A stretch of DNA of 64,000 nucleotides from contig CAVXWP010000001.1 of the NCBI GenBank assembly GCA_963765495.1, positions 1-64,000 on the forward strand, given 5' to 3'. Each line of letters begins with the position of its first letter. Positions within the stretch are counted from its first letter, which is position 1. The position numbers and the translations under genes are program-made. The DNA is from Blastocatellia bacterium (GTDB lineage Bacteria; Acidobacteriota; Blastocatellia; UBA7656). This document shows positions 60,881 to 64,000 of this stretch, piece after piece. The notes under the pieces are model-generated. The model saw only the letters and a list, made by a program, of their open reading frames with translations. It ran no database searches and was not told where the DNA came from.

Positions 60881-62611
60881 TTAGATGGTTACCTGAGTGC
60901 CGTCGAATTTGTTAAAGGTAAAGCCGGCGAACGATTCGGTGTAGCAAGCCCTCTGGTCTTTCAGAATGCTGATTGCAACCGCTTCGCCCAGCAACAGAGA
61001 CTGAGTGTAATCCGAGCGCCAGTGAACACCCGCGTGGTTGCGGCCTATAGCTATGTTTGCGGCAAGCTTGTTCAACTCGCCCTCAACAGTCATATTTGAC
61101 ACATCAGCCCCGCCGTAAGGCACAAGCGTCTGCCCGTCAGGCGAGGTCACAACCGGCTGGAAAAGATCAACTATCTTAGTCGCGCCGTTGAAGAACGCCT
61201 TCAAGAGAGTGACGCAGCCGCCAGCCACCGTAGCGTGTCCCGCGCCGTAGGCCGGATGCAGAGGCGATCCTTCGGGGAAAGCCATCGGCAACAGATATGT
61301 GTTGTATCTGCTGTGCACTTCCTGAATCGCCTGCGAATTTAGCACGCTGGAGTGTATAGGATAGCTGGCCGTGTTTGTCTTTACATTGTGAACGGCTCCG
61401 CCAAATGCTTCGGGTCGCAGCCTTCGATGGACAAACCACTTCTGATACCAGACTGCTTTGAGCGCGCGCGTGGCGACTTCGGCTATCAAAGTCTTTGCGT
61501 GCGGAGCGCCAAAAGTGGCGAACCCTTCCTGATTCTGTGAACCGGCGTAAGGATTGTTCGCGTTCAGCGGCGCGTTGGCGTGAAATAGCACAAGCCCCGC
61601 GTTGAAGTATGCTTGATAGAGCACGTCTATGTGAACATATGCGCTTATATCGCGGCCGTTGCGAATAAAGCGGCGCACAGGATCGAATTGATTGCTTCCC
61701 TGTGTAAAGCCGTTCTGTACGCTCAACCAGGATGTGAAATCGGTCATGTAATCGATGTTTGGGAGATAGGTCTCTTCTCGTTGATCTATAAACTGGGCCC
61801 CGAAGCTGATCGGCACCAGCATAAACTGAGAGATATATGGACCGATCAGATCGCCCGCCGTAAGGCCTCGAAACAGACTATTGGCTGTCACAAGCCCGCC
61901 GATTCTTGGTCCCTTGAATCCCGACAGCCCCGTCAGTTCCGCCGCCGCCGCCTGTGCCAGAGGGCTTGTGGGAAAGTCATCGAAATTCACATCTCGCAAG
62001 AGCGCCATCCAGTAATTTTCCACGATCTCGGCCGCTTCTTCGGCGCTGCTGAAAGCGGGCGCGGGCGGGATGGCCATCTCGTGCGAATCAATGCCTTCAA
62101 TATCAAATGCTATCCCGGCTTGCGGGTTGACGAGTTTGCGCCTCTGTGCCAGAGGAGCACCCATCGGAATCGCTTCAAAATCGGAAGGCTTTTCGGTCGT
62201 CATCGCCTTGGTCAGGGCAGCATAGGCTGTGAGGTCAACTTCGCCACGGCTGTTGTGCGGCAGCCCCTTCGAATAGCAGGCGATCTTGTTGGTAAACGCC
62301 TGCTCGTCGCCGTTTGTCGGGTGAAGGGTGGGAGGGCCGACCTTGTAATTTTGAGCCGCCTGCTGGCGAAGCTGGAATGACTGTTGACGTCGTCTGGCAT
62401 CCGGCCCGATGATCAGAACCTGCCCCTCGGCTTCGGTCGATTTCGATCCCGCCAGAGGTGAAAAACCTATGGCACCTACCGCTACTGTAGCAGCAGTCAT
62501 TCCCCCTACATTGCCAAGAAACTTTCGCCTGCTTGATGAGTGACGCTCGGGCTTTATATTTGAATCTATATTGTCCGGATCACTTTGATCCTTAAATGCT
62601 CGAATCTTCAT
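60881..62611 (-). CDS. Vanadium-dependent haloperoxidase, Tat-exported
   Basis: Tat motif 'SRRKFLG'; 'QKWFVHRRLRPE', 'EGSPLHPAYGAGHA', 'GRNHAGVHWRSD'; SD AGGAGGAG before MKIRAF. Confidence 0.9.
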   Translation of the reverse strand: MKIRAFKDQSDPDNIDSNIKPERHSSSRRKFLGNVGGMTAATVAVGAIGFSPLAGSKSTEAEGQVLIIGPDARRRQQSFQLRQQAAQNYKVGPPTLHPTNGDEQAFTNKIACYSKGLPHNSRGEVDLTAYAALTKAMTTEKPSDFEAIPMGAPLAQRRKLVNPQAGIAFDIEGIDSHEMAIPPAPAFSSAEEAAEIVENYWMALLRDVNFDDFPTSPLAQAAAAELTGLSGFKGPRIGGLVTANSLFRGLTAGDLIGPYISQFMLVPISFGAQFIDQREETYLPNIDYMTDFTSWLSVQNGFTQGSNQFDPVRRFIRNGRDISAYVHIDVLYQAYFNAGLVLFHANAPLNANNPYAGSQNQEGFATFGAPHAKTLIAEVATRALKAVWYQKWFVHRRLRPEAFGGAVHNVKTNTASYPIHSSVLNSQAIQEVHSRYNTYLLPMAFPEGSPLHPAYGAGHATVAGGCVTLLKAFFNGATKIVDLFQPVVTSPDGQTLVPYGGADVSNMTVEGELNKLAANIAIGRNHAGVHWRSDYTQSLLLGEAVAISILKDQRACYTESFAGFTFNKFDGTQVTI

Positions 62612-62794
62612 GCAATCTCCTCCTGATCCGGCGGCCGATACTAGCATTAACGCAACTCAACTATCCGCAATAAGCATTGCGCCCCTGTATGTTCCTACAC
62701 GATGAGCTTTGGCCAAGTGCAGGGACAACAACAGGCGATGGGGTTCGACCGGCAGAAAAATCAACTCAACCTATTGAGGATTGAGGGCGGCGAA

Positions 62795-62822
62795 ATTATA
62801 ACTGCGTTTACCCGAAAGTCAA
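62795..62822 (-). promoter_or_regulatory. Sigma70 promoter for the haloperoxidase gene
   Basis: Minus strand TTGACT-16 bp-TATAAT. Confidence 0.6.
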
Positions 62823-62983
62823 GCATTTTCACGGGTGCGAGGCACCGGTCTCATCTGTGTTAAGATGGCGATTCATCCGGCCTGTGTCTTTATCGTGTCT
62901 TTCTGTTATAAAAGATGTATGTCCGGCGGCGCAGGTTGTGTAAACTACTGAGACCTGAGAGGTTCCTTGCTTGGAAGAGAAAT

Positions 62984-63649
62984 ATGACTAAGATTTCATT
63001 TGATATCGATCTGGCAATCAACCGCATTCGCGAAGCAGTGCGCCCGTTTGCCAAAGCGGCTATGTTCGAGCTGGCCGAGGCCGGTTTTGACACGCCCTTC
63101 CAACAGCTCGTCGCCTGCATAATATCAATACGCACGCTGGATGAAGTGATGCTTCCGACCGCCCGCAAACTGTTTGCGCGGGCGCGAACTCCTGCCGAAG
63201 TCAGTCGCCTTACAATAGAAGAGATTGACGAGCTTATCCGCGCTTCAACCTTTCACGAGCGCAAGGCTTATCAGATACACCGTATCGCCTGTCGAGTGGC
63301 AGATGAATACGCGGGCACGCTCCCCTGCAAAGAGGAAGTCCTGTTGTCATTCGAAGGCGTAGGCCCGAAGTGCGCCAATCTGGTGCTTGGCATAGCGTGC
63401 GACCAACCGCGCATAGGCGTAGACATTCACGTCCATCGCATTACAAACCGTTGGGGGTACGTGGAGACGCGCACGCCGGAGAAGACCACCGGGGCGCTTG
63501 AGGCGACACTGCCGCGCCGCTACTGGGTAGAGATCAATAAATTACTGGTCCCGTTCGGCAAGCACATTTGCACAGGAATGCGCCCGCGCTGCTCGACCTG
63601 CCCCGTGCTTGAGATGTGCCGACAGGTCGATGTGGCGAATCCACGATGA
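62984..63649 (+). CDS. nth: Endonuclease III (HhH-GPD, 4Fe-4S)
   Basis: 'TPFQQLVACIIS', 'GVGPKCANLVL', 'VDIHVHRI', 'CTGMRPRCSTCPVLEMC'. Confidence 0.9.
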   Translation: MTKISFDIDLAINRIREAVRPFAKAAMFELAEAGFDTPFQQLVACIISIRTLDEVMLPTARKLFARARTPAEVSRLTIEEIDELIRASTFHERKAYQIHRIACRVADEYAGTLPCKEEVLLSFEGVGPKCANLVLGIACDQPRIGVDIHVHRITNRWGYVETRTPEKTTGALEATLPRRYWVEINKLLVPFGKHICTGMRPRCSTCPVLEMCRQVDVANPR

Positions 63650-63659
63650 GGAGTGAAGA

Positions 63660-63748
63660 GTGATGCGTGATGCGTGATGCGTGATTCAATTGGGAGCCTG
63701 TATGTAAGAGACAATTTGTAAGCCTGGTAATCACGAATCACGCATCAC
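63660..63748. repeat. Heptamer inverted-repeat element between convergent genes
   Basis: gtgatgcgtgatgcgtgatgcgtgatt ... aatcacgaatcacgcatcac. Confidence 0.78.
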
Positions 63749-63750
63749 CT

Positions 63751-64000
63751 TTAACCCGTCGCGGCGGCTTGCTTTTGCTCTTCAAGGATCGGCCGAAGGT
63801 GTTGATAGACGGTTTCGGTTACGAGCTTTGTCCCTTCCGGGTTTGGGTGGATGCCGTCGGCCTGGTTGAGCGACTCTATACCCGCGACGCGATCCAGAAA
63901 GAAGGGGATCAGGCTTATCTGGTACTTGCGCGCGACTTCTGTAAAAGCCTCGTGTACCTCTTTTCGATAATCAGGCCCGGAACTGGTAGGGGCTTCCATC
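63751..64000 (-). CDS. Arylesterase/TesA-like SGNH hydrolase, 3' part (runs off the window)
   Basis: 'LIPFFLDRVAG...LNQADGIHPNPEG'. Confidence 0.85.
   Translation of the reverse strand, partial: MEAPTSSGPDYRKEVHEAFTEVARKYQISLIPFFLDRVAGIESLNQADGIHPNPEGTKLVTETVYQHLRPILEEQKQAAATG

Noticed and set aside
38536-62380. Long antisense ORFs (e.g. 38536-39294, 41899-43035, 52319-53005, 57726-58487, 61613-62380)
   Set aside because: Shadow ORFs opposite well-supported genes in GC-rich DNA

Overview
This looks like a bacterial chromosomal window. The gene set is consistent with Acidobacteriota (Blastocatellia-like), but that is inference only. It has two parts. (1) About 1-37.9 kb is a visibly more AT-rich accessory region around a tRNA-Ile2(CAU) gene. 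It holds a primase-helicase/Xis/tyrosine-integrase element upstream of the tRNA, remnants of IS630, IS4 and IS256, and a locus with a thioredoxin-fold protein, a beta-propeller lipoprotein and two paralogous 6-Cys secreted peptides. It also holds two integron attC sites without intI flanking a DUF433/PIN toxin-antitoxin cassette, a tightly coupled five-gene operon (MoxR-like AAA+, unknown, HExxH-vWA, two Hsp90-like GHKL ATPases), and a nine-gene cluster with an unusual internally duplicated ECF-like sigma factor, a zinc anti-sigma, a membrane-anchored TPR-CHAT protease and TM/TPR proteins. (2) About 38-64 kb is GC-richer core-like DNA: an ECF42/YciI module, hydA plus aminotransferase, csp, selA, hutH, hutU, a GT-C protein, PAS-GGDEF-EAL, hemL, a Tat-exported vanadium haloperoxidase, nth and a partial arylesterase, with heptamer inverted-repeat elements between genes. 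The best candidates for undescribed systems are the MoxR-vWA-double-Hsp90 operon, the Cys-rich peptide locus and the duplicated-domain sigma/CHAT cluster. All family calls come from reading motifs by eye; no database searches were run.
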